Part shown: in pieces, positions 1 to 6,362 of the stretch
How the letters are laid out: each line of letters starts with the position of its first letter
How positions within the stretch are numbered: the stretch's first letter is position 1
Virus genome (UHGV): UHGV-0114979
Origin: a virus
Reading direction: 5' to 3' (one strand)
DNA length: 13,455 nucleotides
Notes under the pieces: model-generated
Database searches by the model: none
Seen by the model: the letters and a program-made list of their open reading frames with translations, nothing else
What the model was told of the DNA's origin: nothing
Program-made: the position numbers and the translations under genes

Positions 1-1
1 A

Positions 2-1321
2 ACGCTTGGTCTGATCCGCGAAAACAATGAACTGGCTCGCTCAGGTGCAAATAACATTGGTCTGACCGCGTTGCGTGGTCTGGCTGGAGTTGCTGATATT
101 TACAATCAGGAACAGCAACAGAAAGCTATTAGTGCGTTCAATAAGGTTCACGCTGATGCATGGGCTTCTGGTGATCCATCGGGACTATTTAAGTTTGCCC
201 AGGAAAATCCAGCGTTTGTTGCACAGGCACAACAGGCGTTTTCCGGTCTTAATGATCAGCAACGCAACGATATGGGCGATTTAGCCATGAGGGCTAACGT
301 CGCTCTTTCTCAGGGACCGGAAGCCTACAGTAAATTCATTACTGACAACAAGGACAGGTTAAATCGCGTGGGGGCGAATGCTGACTGGATGATTCAGACA
401 GGTATCCAGAATCCAGAGCAGCTATCACACATGTTGACTACTATGTCTCTCGGTGCGCTTGGACCAGAAAAGGCGTTTGCTGTTCAGGACAAGATGGCTG
501 GTCGTGAAATTGACCGAGGCAAACTTGCAGAGACAATCCGCAGCAATCAGGCTGGAGAAGCACTTCAGGCGAGAGGGCAAAACCTTTCCTATCAGTCAGC
601 AATGACTGGACACAATATCGCAGCACAACGCTTGGCTCTGGATCAGCAAGAGTTCGGGTTTAAGATGCAGCAAGCACAGGAAAAGGCTCAGCAGTTGATT
701 AGCGAAGCACCTAAGCTGTCAGTAAACATGGAAAAAGGCATCGAGACGGCTGTAAACAATGCTACAGCATCATCAAACTCAGCCAATTCCATGAGTGCGC
801 TTGCTCAACAGTTCAGAGCAGAAAAACCAACGACAGGTTTGTTCGGTAACGCACAGAACATGTTCGCAAAACTTACCGGAAGCGATACAACATTGCGTGA
901 TTTGCGCATCCGCCAAAATGCCCTTGTTAACAGTCAGGTTCTTAAATTCCTACCTCCCGGCCCCGCAACGGATAAAGACGTTGAGATCGTTCGGCAGGGT
1001 GCACCAACTGACATGGATAACCCTGAGACGGTCGCAAGATGGCTTGATGCGATGGCAAACCTTGAGCGACGAAACGCGCAGTTTAATGAGTTTAAAGCCG
1101 AGTGGATGAGCGCGAATGGCAATCCAGGACAATCGCGTAATGGCGGTCAGATATTGGGGTTGGATGTTAAAAAAGGTGAATCATTGGGGAGTGCCGTTAA
1201 GCGGTATATGTCAATGAATACTGACGCAGCGCCAGCACAAGATTCGACACCTTCAGGAGAACCACGGAATCAGGTTGGATCATATACCTCAAAATCAGGC
1301 ATTCAATTTACGGTGGAATGA
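2..1321 (+). CDS. DNA-transfer (ejection) protein, P22 gp20-like; 5' end lies upstream of the window
   Basis: The reading frame is open from nt 2 to the TGA at 1319-1321; the ORF track's 71..1321 is only the first in-window start. The protein is Q/A/N-rich and non-hydrophobic. It sits directly upstream of the gp16-like gene with an ATGA stop/start overlap at 1318-1321. Assigned from gene order and size (about 440 codons in window against a recalled 471 aa for P22 gp20), not residue-level alignment. Confidence 0.7.
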   Translation, partial: TLGLIRENNELARSGANNIGLTALRGLAGVADIYNQEQQQKAISAFNKVHADAWASGDPSGLFKFAQENPAFVAQAQQAFSGLNDQQRNDMGDLAMRANVALSQGPEAYSKFITDNKDRLNRVGANADWMIQTGIQNPEQLSHMLTTMSLGALGPEKAFAVQDKMAGREIDRGKLAETIRSNQAGEALQARGQNLSYQSAMTGHNIAAQRLALDQQEFGFKMQQAQEKAQQLISEAPKLSVNMEKGIETAVNNATASSNSANSMSALAQQFRAEKPTTGLFGNAQNMFAKLTGSDTTLRDLRIRQNALVNSQVLKFLPPGPATDKDVEIVRQGAPTDMDNPETVARWLDAMANLERRNAQFNEFKAEWMSANGNPGQSRNGGQILGLDVKKGESLGSAVKRYMSMNTDAAPAQDSTPSGEPRNQVGSYTSKSGIQFTVE

Positions 1322-3150
1322 TGAAAGTAACTGCAAACGGTAAGACATTTACCTTTCCTGATGGTACGAGCACCGAAGATATTGGCACCGCCATTGATGA
1401 GTATTTTGCTGGTCAGGCTGTTCAGCAACAAACAGTTAATCAGGCCAATAATACACCAACACGGGAAGAACCATCATTGATGCAACAAGCTGGTGATTGG
1501 CTCACAGGTGGTCAAAGTGCAGGGCAAATTGCAGAACAGGCTGGTCGTGGTCTGGTAAACATACCATTTGACGTATTGCAGGGTGGCGCAAGTCTGATTA
1601 ATGCAATCAGCCAGGGGCTTGGCGGCCCCAAGGTTTTGGATGATGTTTATCGCCCTGTCGAGCGACCAACAGACCCTTATGCGCAAGCTGGAGAAACAAT
1701 TGGCGGGTATTTAGTTCCAGGAGTTGGAACGGCAGGAAGCATGGCTATTGGATCACTGGCAGAGGCCGCAAATCAGAAAGGCGATTTCGCACAAAATGCA
1801 GCTAAAAATGCAGGAGTTAACCTTGCCGCTCAGGGGGTTCTTTCCGCAGCAGCAAAGGGAATAGGGCGTGGAATTACTGCTGTTCGTGGCGAAATATCAC
1901 CAGCAGATCAGCAATTGCTCAAGCGTGCCGCTGCGGCAGATGTACCAGTTATGACATCGGATGTAGTTCCTCCAAAAACAAAACTTGGCAATCAACTGCA
2001 GGGTTACTCAGAAGGAGTCATAGCTGGTACTGGACCAATGAGAGCCGCACAGCAGGATGCCAGAACCAAGCTTGTTAATCGCTTCACCGAAAAATACGGC
2101 GACTACGATCCATCTGTAGTCGTTGATAGTCTAAAGTCAGGCGTTGCAAGGGAAAAATCGTTAGCCAAGTCAAAACTAAACAGCCTGTCAGGAAGAATGG
2201 TTGGAAAGCCAGTTGATACAAGTGGCGCCATAAGAGCTATCGACGGAGCAGTAAACGAACTTGGGAAACTTAAAGGTGTTTCTGACACCCAGACCATTTC
2301 TGCGCTTAATGATTATAAGAATGCCATTCAGGAGATAACAAATGGAGATGATGCCTTTGAGTTACTTGATAAGCTGAGAACTCAGTTCCGCATTGACGTA
2401 AAAGGCGATCGTACAGTTCTGCCATCAATGTCGCAAACAATGGTCGACAGGGTCTATAACTCGCTAACCAATAGCCTTAGTAAATCTATAGCGAAAGGAC
2501 TTAGCTCAAAAGATGCTTCAGCATGGAGAGCGGGAAAAGCTGATTATGCAAAAATGGCAACACATGCAACTCAAACGCGCCTTAAAAACGTTCTAAACAA
2601 AGGAGATTTAACTCCCGAGGCTGTAAATACCATTGTGTATGGACAATATGGGTCAGATATAGCTCGATTGTACGGGAAACTCGATCAAAAAGGTAAAGAC
2701 ATGCTAAGGGCGGCATATATCAGCAAAATAGCTGACAAGGTAGGTGACAGCCCTCAGAAAATGATGACCGAGCTTGGCAAGCTGCAAAAACAAGCAAATG
2801 GTCAGGTGTTTAAAACTGTATTTGGTGGGAAGAACGGAAAAGAGATAGAGGGGATGTTATCTATTCTCGATGCTACCAAAAGAGCATCTGAGGCTAATGT
2901 TGTGACGAAGACTGGCATGACACTCGCGCCTTTGGTAAGGGTTATTGGTAACCTAAAAACCGGAGGCGCGCTATTGGCTGGGGAAACAGGGATTGGCCTT
3001 ATGTCGAGGGTTTATGAAAGCCCTATGGCCAGGAATGCGCTCTTACGTCTGGCAAACACCAAAGCAGGAACGCCAGCCTATGAAAGAGCATTAAGTAACG
3101 CTGCAAATGCCATCAGACCGCTGCTTGCCACTGAGGCAACACAGCAGTGA
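1318..3150 (+). CDS. DNA-transfer (ejection) protein, P22 gp16-like
   Basis: 610-codon ORF with tandem ATG ATG at 1318-1323, so the second ATG would give 609 aa, the length I recall for P22 gp16. Gly/Ala-rich, consistent with ejection proteins. It is the last gene of the late block before the immunity/cargo region, as in P22 (…7-20-16-sieA-mnt-arc-ant-9). Confidence 0.75.
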   Translation: MMKVTANGKTFTFPDGTSTEDIGTAIDEYFAGQAVQQQTVNQANNTPTREEPSLMQQAGDWLTGGQSAGQIAEQAGRGLVNIPFDVLQGGASLINAISQGLGGPKVLDDVYRPVERPTDPYAQAGETIGGYLVPGVGTAGSMAIGSLAEAANQKGDFAQNAAKNAGVNLAAQGVLSAAAKGIGRGITAVRGEISPADQQLLKRAAAADVPVMTSDVVPPKTKLGNQLQGYSEGVIAGTGPMRAAQQDARTKLVNRFTEKYGDYDPSVVVDSLKSGVAREKSLAKSKLNSLSGRMVGKPVDTSGAIRAIDGAVNELGKLKGVSDTQTISALNDYKNAIQEITNGDDAFELLDKLRTQFRIDVKGDRTVLPSMSQTMVDRVYNSLTNSLSKSIAKGLSSKDASAWRAGKADYAKMATHATQTRLKNVLNKGDLTPEAVNTIVYGQYGSDIARLYGKLDQKGKDMLRAAYISKIADKVGDSPQKMMTELGKLQKQANGQVFKTVFGGKNGKEIEGMLSILDATKRASEANVVTKTGMTLAPLVRVIGNLKTGGALLAGETGIGLMSRVYESPMARNALLRLANTKAGTPAYERALSNAANAIRPLLATEATQQ

Positions 3151-3167
3151 CTAAATGCCATGGATGG

Positions 3168-3356
3168 TTATTTCCCTAGCACATGAAACAATGTTTGCTT
3201 TAATTCCACCCATACAATTATGACCACTATAGACAGACAAAAGAAACTGAATGCATTGGCATCACGATCGAAACCTTCTCCGGCACTAAATCCGTAAAAG
3301 GTCATAAAAAATATAAAAATTGCGCACTTTGCAACGTTTACAAATTTTTTCTTCAC
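3168..3356 (-). CDS. Small (62-aa) membrane peptide with two hydrophobic helices, unknown function
   Basis: On the minus strand a near-consensus Shine-Dalgarno AAGGAGG (revcomp of 3362-3368) lies 5 nt upstream of a GTG start at 3356-3354. Translation is MKKKFVNVAKCAIFIFFMTFYGFSAGEGFDRDANAFSFFCLSIVVIIVWVELKQTLFHVLGK: a Lys-rich N-terminus and two hydrophobic segments separated by a charged turn. The ORF track's 87-aa version (start 3431) has no RBS and begins inside an operator repeat. Divergent from the 328-aa gene. Confidence 0.4.
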   Translation of the reverse strand: MKKKFVNVAKCAIFIFFMTFYGFSAGEGFDRDANAFSFFCLSIVVIIVWVELKQTLFHVLGK

Positions 3357-3419
3357 ACCAACCTCCTTAGTTTTGCGCAGGATACCAGATGATAATGTGT
3401 AGTTGGAGTAGCGCGGTTG

Positions 3420-3511
3420 TAATGCAAGCATTTTGTTTTAGTTTTATGCTTGCTTGTATGTGTGTACAGTGTATATAATGCAAGCATACATCACAACAAA
3501 GGTGCTTGCAT
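3420..3511. promoter_or_regulatory. Promoter for the 328-aa gene, embedded in four operator-like palindromic sites (TAATGCAAGCAT)
   Basis: Sigma70-like promoter on the + strand: -35 TTGCTT (3450-3455), 18-bp spacer, -10 TATAAT (3474-3479). Copies of the 12-mer TAATGCAAGCAT sit at 3420-3431 (+) and 3476-3487 (+, overlapping the -10 and start site). A reverse-oriented copy with one mismatch is at 3500-3511 (GTGCTTGCATTA), and a weaker reverse copy ATGCTTGCTT at 3446-3455 overlaps the -35. Each core is a near-palindrome, ATGC-NN-GCAT. Confidence 0.5.
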
Positions 3512-3512
3512 T

Positions 3513-4499
3513 ATGACTGAAAAGAAAAGTGGCGAAGGGAAAGCTAAGGGCGGGATCGCTCGCGCAAAGTCGCTGACTAAAGAGCAGCGTTCTGAAATAG
3601 CAAAGAAAGCAGCGGCAAAACGATGGGAAGGTAAGCCACTAAGAGCGATCAGAAAGGGTAACTTCATTGATGATTTCGGCATTGATGCAGAATGTTACGT
3701 ACTTGATGATAATGATAAAACGGTTGTAGTTAGTAAAACTGGTCTGGCTAAATTACTAGGAATCGGTGAGCATGGTAGGGATGTAGACCGTTTTCTAAAT
3801 ACGAATTATATGGCTGATTTTGTTGATCCATTTCTGCTAGAAAAATTCAAAAAACCTCTTATTTTTCAATGGAGAAGTCCGGTCCCAAACTCAGCCCCAA
3901 ATCCACTCGCTGATGAGGCTCACGGTTACGATATTGCCCTTATCGGTGATATAGCCACAGCAATGATTAATGCCGATCGAGCTGGCGCTCTACCGCCTTC
4001 AAGATCAAAATCTGCCAGCCTTGCCCAAAGACTTGTTACCGCATCAATGAAAGCAGGGCTTAAAGGACTTGGTTATGCTATTGCAGGATATCGACCTGAA
4101 GTACAGGAGGTTATTGATTCCTTCAAGGCCTTTGTTCGTGAAGAGGCGAGGCAGTATGAAAAAGAATTTCCAGATGAGCTATATGAGGAGTGGTATCGAC
4201 TGTACGGCCTGAACAGGCCAGAGAAGGGACGTCCAATTCGTTTTGGGCAGCTAACCAACATGCAGATATACACTCCGCTAGCAAAGAGTAAAGGTAAAAT
4301 CCTTGAACAGATTCGAGCCAGCCGAGACGAGAACGGAAAACAATCTGATAAGTTGCACCTGTTCCTTTCTGAAATTGGTGTCAAGGCTTTGCGTCAGCAT
4401 ATCGGTAAGCTTCTTGGTGTCGCAGCGATGAGCGAGACAAGAGAAGAATACGAAAAAGGAATAGAAAAGGTTTTTGGAAGAATAAAACCAGAAATCTAA
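3513..4499 (+). CDS. Hypothetical 328-aa protein with a basic Lys/Ala-rich N-terminus, occupying the sieA-equivalent cargo slot
   Basis: Long ORF; the ORF track starts at TTG 3450, but ATG 3513 is preferred, with a purine-rich AAAGG 10 nt upstream. The N-terminus is MTEKKSGEGKAKGGIARAKSLTKEQRSEIAKKAAAKRWEGK, a basic segment that looks like a nucleic-acid-binding tail. The rest is hydrophilic with no transmembrane segments and no catalytic motif I can recognise. Followed by a strong bidirectional terminator. Confidence 0.8.
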   Translation: MTEKKSGEGKAKGGIARAKSLTKEQRSEIAKKAAAKRWEGKPLRAIRKGNFIDDFGIDAECYVLDDNDKTVVVSKTGLAKLLGIGEHGRDVDRFLNTNYMADFVDPFLLEKFKKPLIFQWRSPVPNSAPNPLADEAHGYDIALIGDIATAMINADRAGALPPSRSKSASLAQRLVTASMKAGLKGLGYAIAGYRPEVQEVIDSFKAFVREEARQYEKEFPDELYEEWYRLYGLNRPEKGRPIRFGQLTNMQIYTPLAKSKGKILEQIRASRDENGKQSDKLHLFLSEIGVKALRQHIGKLLGVAAMSETREEYEKGIEKVFGRIKPEI

Positions 4500-4501
4500 T
4501 T

Positions 4502-4529
4502 AAAAAACCCACCTTCAGGTGGGTTTTTT
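4502..4529. terminator. Bidirectional Rho-independent terminator shared by the convergent 328-aa gene and mnt
   Basis: AAAAAACCCACC-TTCA-GGTGGGTTTTTT: 7-bp G/C-rich stem (4507-4513 / 4518-4524), 4-nt loop, A-run on the left and T-run on the right. The mnt stop codon (revcomp of 4515-4517) lies in the loop, and the right arm plus T-run encode the Mnt C-terminus …KKPT. Confidence 0.8.
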
Positions 4530-4769
4530 ATCTTCTCCGTACATGCTGCTGAGAGTCTTTAGAAGAGCCTCCCTAAATTTTTCAGATTCTTGTTGAGCAA
4601 AACCTTCTATTGTTCTTGGTGATTTTTCTTCATCAATAGCAGCTTGCAAGATCATAACTATTTCTGAATTTAATGAGCGTCCGTTTTTCGATGCTCTTAT
4701 GGTCAGGTCGCGCTTGAGGCTATCTGGCATTCTTACGCTATATGGGGCTATGTCTCTAACCTTCGTCAT
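4515..4769 (-). CDS. mnt: Mnt-like ribbon-helix-helix repressor (immI region)
   Basis: 84 aa: MTKVRDIAPYSVRMPDSLKRDLTIRASKNGRSLNSEIVMILQAAIDEEK… The N-terminal beta-strand/helix pattern and the NGRS-x-NSE signature match the Arc/Mnt (MetJ-Arc) family. Size matches P22 Mnt (about 82 aa as recalled). Divergent from arc across an operator-rich intergenic region, as in P22 immI. Confidence 0.8.
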   Translation of the reverse strand: MTKVRDIAPYSVRMPDSLKRDLTIRASKNGRSLNSEIVMILQAAIDEEKSPRTIEGFAQQESEKFREALLKTLSSMYGEDKKPT

Positions 4770-4878
4770 ACTTACACCGTGATGATCACATTGATATCAC
4801 AGTGTATTCAAAAAAATTTTGACTTGATATACTCACAGTGATATGTTTGTGATTCACAATAACTCACGTGGTGGCAAT
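4770..4878. promoter_or_regulatory. Divergent mnt/arc-ant promoter-operator region (Pant/Pmnt analogue)
   Basis: 109-bp intergenic between divergent RHH repressor genes. Palindromes: GTGAT-G-ATCAC (4779-4789), TGATATCA (4792-4799), TCAC-A-GTGA (4833-4841), TGTGA-T-TCACA (4848-4858). Candidate rightward promoter: -35 TTGACT (4819-4824), 17-bp spacer, -10 TATGTT (4842-4847). The TCACAGTGA palindrome sits in that spacer and TGTGATTCACA near the start site. I could not place the leftward mnt promoter with confidence. Confidence 0.55.
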
Positions 4879-5031
4879 ATGGAAAAAGAAGTTAGCAGAA
4901 TTTTGGTGAGAATGCCTCAGTCGCTAAAAGATGCGATTACTGGAAAGGCCAAAGAAGAATGCCGGTCGTTTAACTCGGAAGTGATTAAGCGATTGCTGGA
5001 CAGCCTGAAGAGAGAGGGGGTGGTGGTATGA
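4879..5031 (+). CDS. arc: Arc-like ribbon-helix-helix repressor
   Basis: 50 aa from ATG 4879, with GGTGG 4 nt upstream; the ORF track's 4843 start adds 12 residues with no RBS. MEKEVSRILVRMPQSLKDAITGKAKEECRSFNSEVIKRLLDSLKREGVVV resembles P22 Arc (53 aa as recalled), including RS-x-NSE and the C-terminal KKEG-like motif. Confidence 0.8.
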   Translation: MEKEVSRILVRMPQSLKDAITGKAKEECRSFNSEVIKRLLDSLKREGVVV

Positions 5032-5219
5032 AAAACCGCAGATGTTGTTTTTGTGGGTGTAGTAAAGAAACGACTGGCAGGGGCTTTGTTGTGTCAAAAA
5101 ATACCGAAGAAGCAATTTGTGACTCATGCGTTACAGATATTGTTATTTTCATGCATGGCGAGAAGGGGTTAGATGAAAAGCTAGAGAGTATTCCAGTTGA
5201 AGGCGCTGATAAAAGTTGA
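5028..5219 (+). CDS. 63-aa C4 zinc-ribbon protein resembling the ClpX N-terminal zinc-binding domain
   Basis: The start ATG overlaps the arc stop (ATGA at 5028-5031), and a GAGGGGG purine tract lies upstream. MKNRRCCFCGCSKETTGRGFVVSKNTEEAICDSCVTDIVIFM… has C-x-F-C-G … I-C-D-x-C-V with about 21 residues between the Cys pairs, the same pattern as the ClpX zinc-binding domain (…CSFCGKS…ICDECV…). The C-terminal 25 residues are acidic. Confidence 0.6.
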   Translation: MKNRRCCFCGCSKETTGRGFVVSKNTEEAICDSCVTDIVIFMHGEKGLDEKLESIPVEGADKS

Positions 5220-5285
5220 AGCCCCAACTGCTGTAACAGTCAGGGCTTCGGTTGTCGGTAAATCCTTGGAGAAAAACCAACATGA
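5210..5285 (-). ncRNA. Candidate sar-like antisense RNA covering the ant ribosome-binding site and start codon
   Basis: On the minus strand a -10-like TATACT (revcomp of 5288-5293) would start transcription near 5282; the -35 is weak. Transcription would run leftward across the ant SD (GGAG 5268-5271) and ATG (5282-5284) into a hairpin (stem GAAGCCC 5218-5224 / GGGCTTC 5243-5249). On the minus strand the hairpin is followed by AACUUUUAUC. Predicted length is about 70 nt, matching the 68-69 nt I recall for P22 sar, which has the same position and polarity. Confidence 0.3.
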
Positions 5286-6184
5286 ATAGTATAGCAATTT
5301 TAGAAGCAGTGAACACCTCTTACGTACCATTCAACGGTCAGCAAATTATCACCGCCATGGCTGCCGGAGTTGCATATGTTGCGATGAAGCCAATCGTTGA
5401 AAACCTTGGAATGAGCTGGTCAACGCAGCAAACAAAACTCATGAAGCAGATTAGCAAATTCAACTGTGTTCATATGAACATGGTTGCCGCTGATGGGAAG
5501 CTTCGTAAGCTACTCTGCCTTCCTTTGAAGAAGCTAAATGGATGGCTGTTCAGCATCAACCCTGAGAAAGTTCGTGCTGACATCCGCGATAAACTTATTC
5601 AGTACCAGGAAGAATGCTTTACTGTGCTGCATGACTACTGGACGAAGGGAAAGGCAGAAAATGCACGTAAGAAAACATCTGTTGATGACAGGACTCCGCT
5701 TCGTGATGCTGTAAATATGCTAGTCAGCAAAAAGCATCTAATGTACCCAGAAGCTTATGCAATGATTCATCAGCGTTTCAATGTGGAAAGTATTGAAGAG
5801 CTTGATGCATCTCAGATACCGCAAGCAGTAGAGTACATCCACAGGGTAGTGCTTGAAGGTGAGTTCGTCGGCAAACAAGAGAAGAAAACCAACGAGCTTT
5901 CTGCAAAAGAAGCAAACAGCCTTGTATGGTTATGGGATTATGCCAACCGCTCACAGGCATTATTCCGCGAACTGTATCTGGCGCTAAAACAAATTCAATC
6001 GAACTATTCCGGCAGATGCTACGACTATGGCCATGAGTTCTCGTATGTTATCGGAATGGCGAGAGACGTTTTAATCAATCACACACGAGATGTTGATATT
6101 AATGAGCCAGACGGACCAACGAATCTTTCCGCATGGATGAGACTTAAGAATAAAGAATTACCTCCTTCAGTACATAACTACTGA
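5282..6184 (+). CDS. ant: Antirepressor Ant (P22 Ant N-terminal-domain family)
   Basis: 300 aa from ATG 5282, with GGAG 10 nt upstream; the ORF track's TTG 5252 start is rejected. [56 protein letters not shown]… matches the phage antirepressor N-terminal domain family. It lies downstream of arc, as in immI, and the length equals P22 Ant (300 aa as recalled). Confidence 0.85.
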   Translation: MNSIAILEAVNTSYVPFNGQQIITAMAAGVAYVAMKPIVENLGMSWSTQQTKLMKQISKFNCVHMNMVAADGKLRKLLCLPLKKLNGWLFSINPEKVRADIRDKLIQYQEECFTVLHDYWTKGKAENARKKTSVDDRTPLRDAVNMLVSKKHLMYPEAYAMIHQRFNVESIEELDASQIPQAVEYIHRVVLEGEFVGKQEKKTNELSAKEANSLVWLWDYANRSQALFRELYLALKQIQSNYSGRCYDYGHEFSYVIGMARDVLINHTRDVDINEPDGPTNLSAWMRLKNKELPPSVHNY

Positions 6185-6202
6185 CAGATAAACAACGCAA
6201 CG

Positions 6203-6226
6203 ACCCAGCTTCGGCTGGGTTTTTTT
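6203..6226 (+). terminator. Rho-independent terminator downstream of ant
   Basis: ACCCAGC-TTCG-GCTGGGT followed by TTTTTT (6221-6226): 7-bp stem, GNRA-like tetraloop TTCG, U-run. Confidence 0.8.
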
Positions 6227-6237
6227 ATGCCCAAAAT

Positions 6238-6336
6238 TCACCGTAGCTACTCAGCGGCTATGGACATGAGAGATAGCACTACACAAAAAGTGTAGTGCAA
6301 AAAGCAAACAAATACTCACCGTAGCCATGCTGCGGC
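6238..6336. promoter_or_regulatory. Symmetric repeat-hairpin-repeat element in the tailspike 5' region
   Basis: Direct repeats TCACCGTAGC-N6-GCGGC at 6238-6258 and 6316-6336 flank a perfect 9-bp-stem hairpin (GCACTACAC 6276-6284, loop AAAAA, GTGTAGTGC 6290-6298). Spacing is 17 bp on each side. Lies between the ant terminator and the tailspike SD (GGAG 6351-6354). Confidence 0.3.
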
Positions 6337-6362
6337 GATTCCTTGTATCTGGAGCAAATTAA

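Noticed and set aside
75-3150. Short ORFs nested in or antisense to the gp20/gp16 genes (75..284, 441..626, 795..1109, 934..1132, 1474..1686, 2103..2297)
   Set aside because: All lie within the two long, well-supported ejection-protein genes, with no independent RBS or motifs.
3168-3431. 87-aa version of the minus-strand small ORF from the ORF track
   Set aside because: The 5' extension has no RBS and starts inside an operator repeat. The internal GTG at 3356 with a consensus AAGGAGG is a far better start, so the gene is called as 3168..3356.
4073-4384. 103-aa minus-strand ORF inside the 328-aa gene (also 3491..3682)
   Set aside because: Antisense to a long ORF with a credible start and terminator; Ser/Arg-rich translation typical of antisense frames.
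4985-5227. 80-aa minus-strand ORF antisense to the arc/zinc-ribbon genes (and 4924..5127)
   Set aside because: Low-complexity translation with no RBS. The + strand encodes Arc and a zinc-ribbon protein with a recognisable motif and translational coupling.
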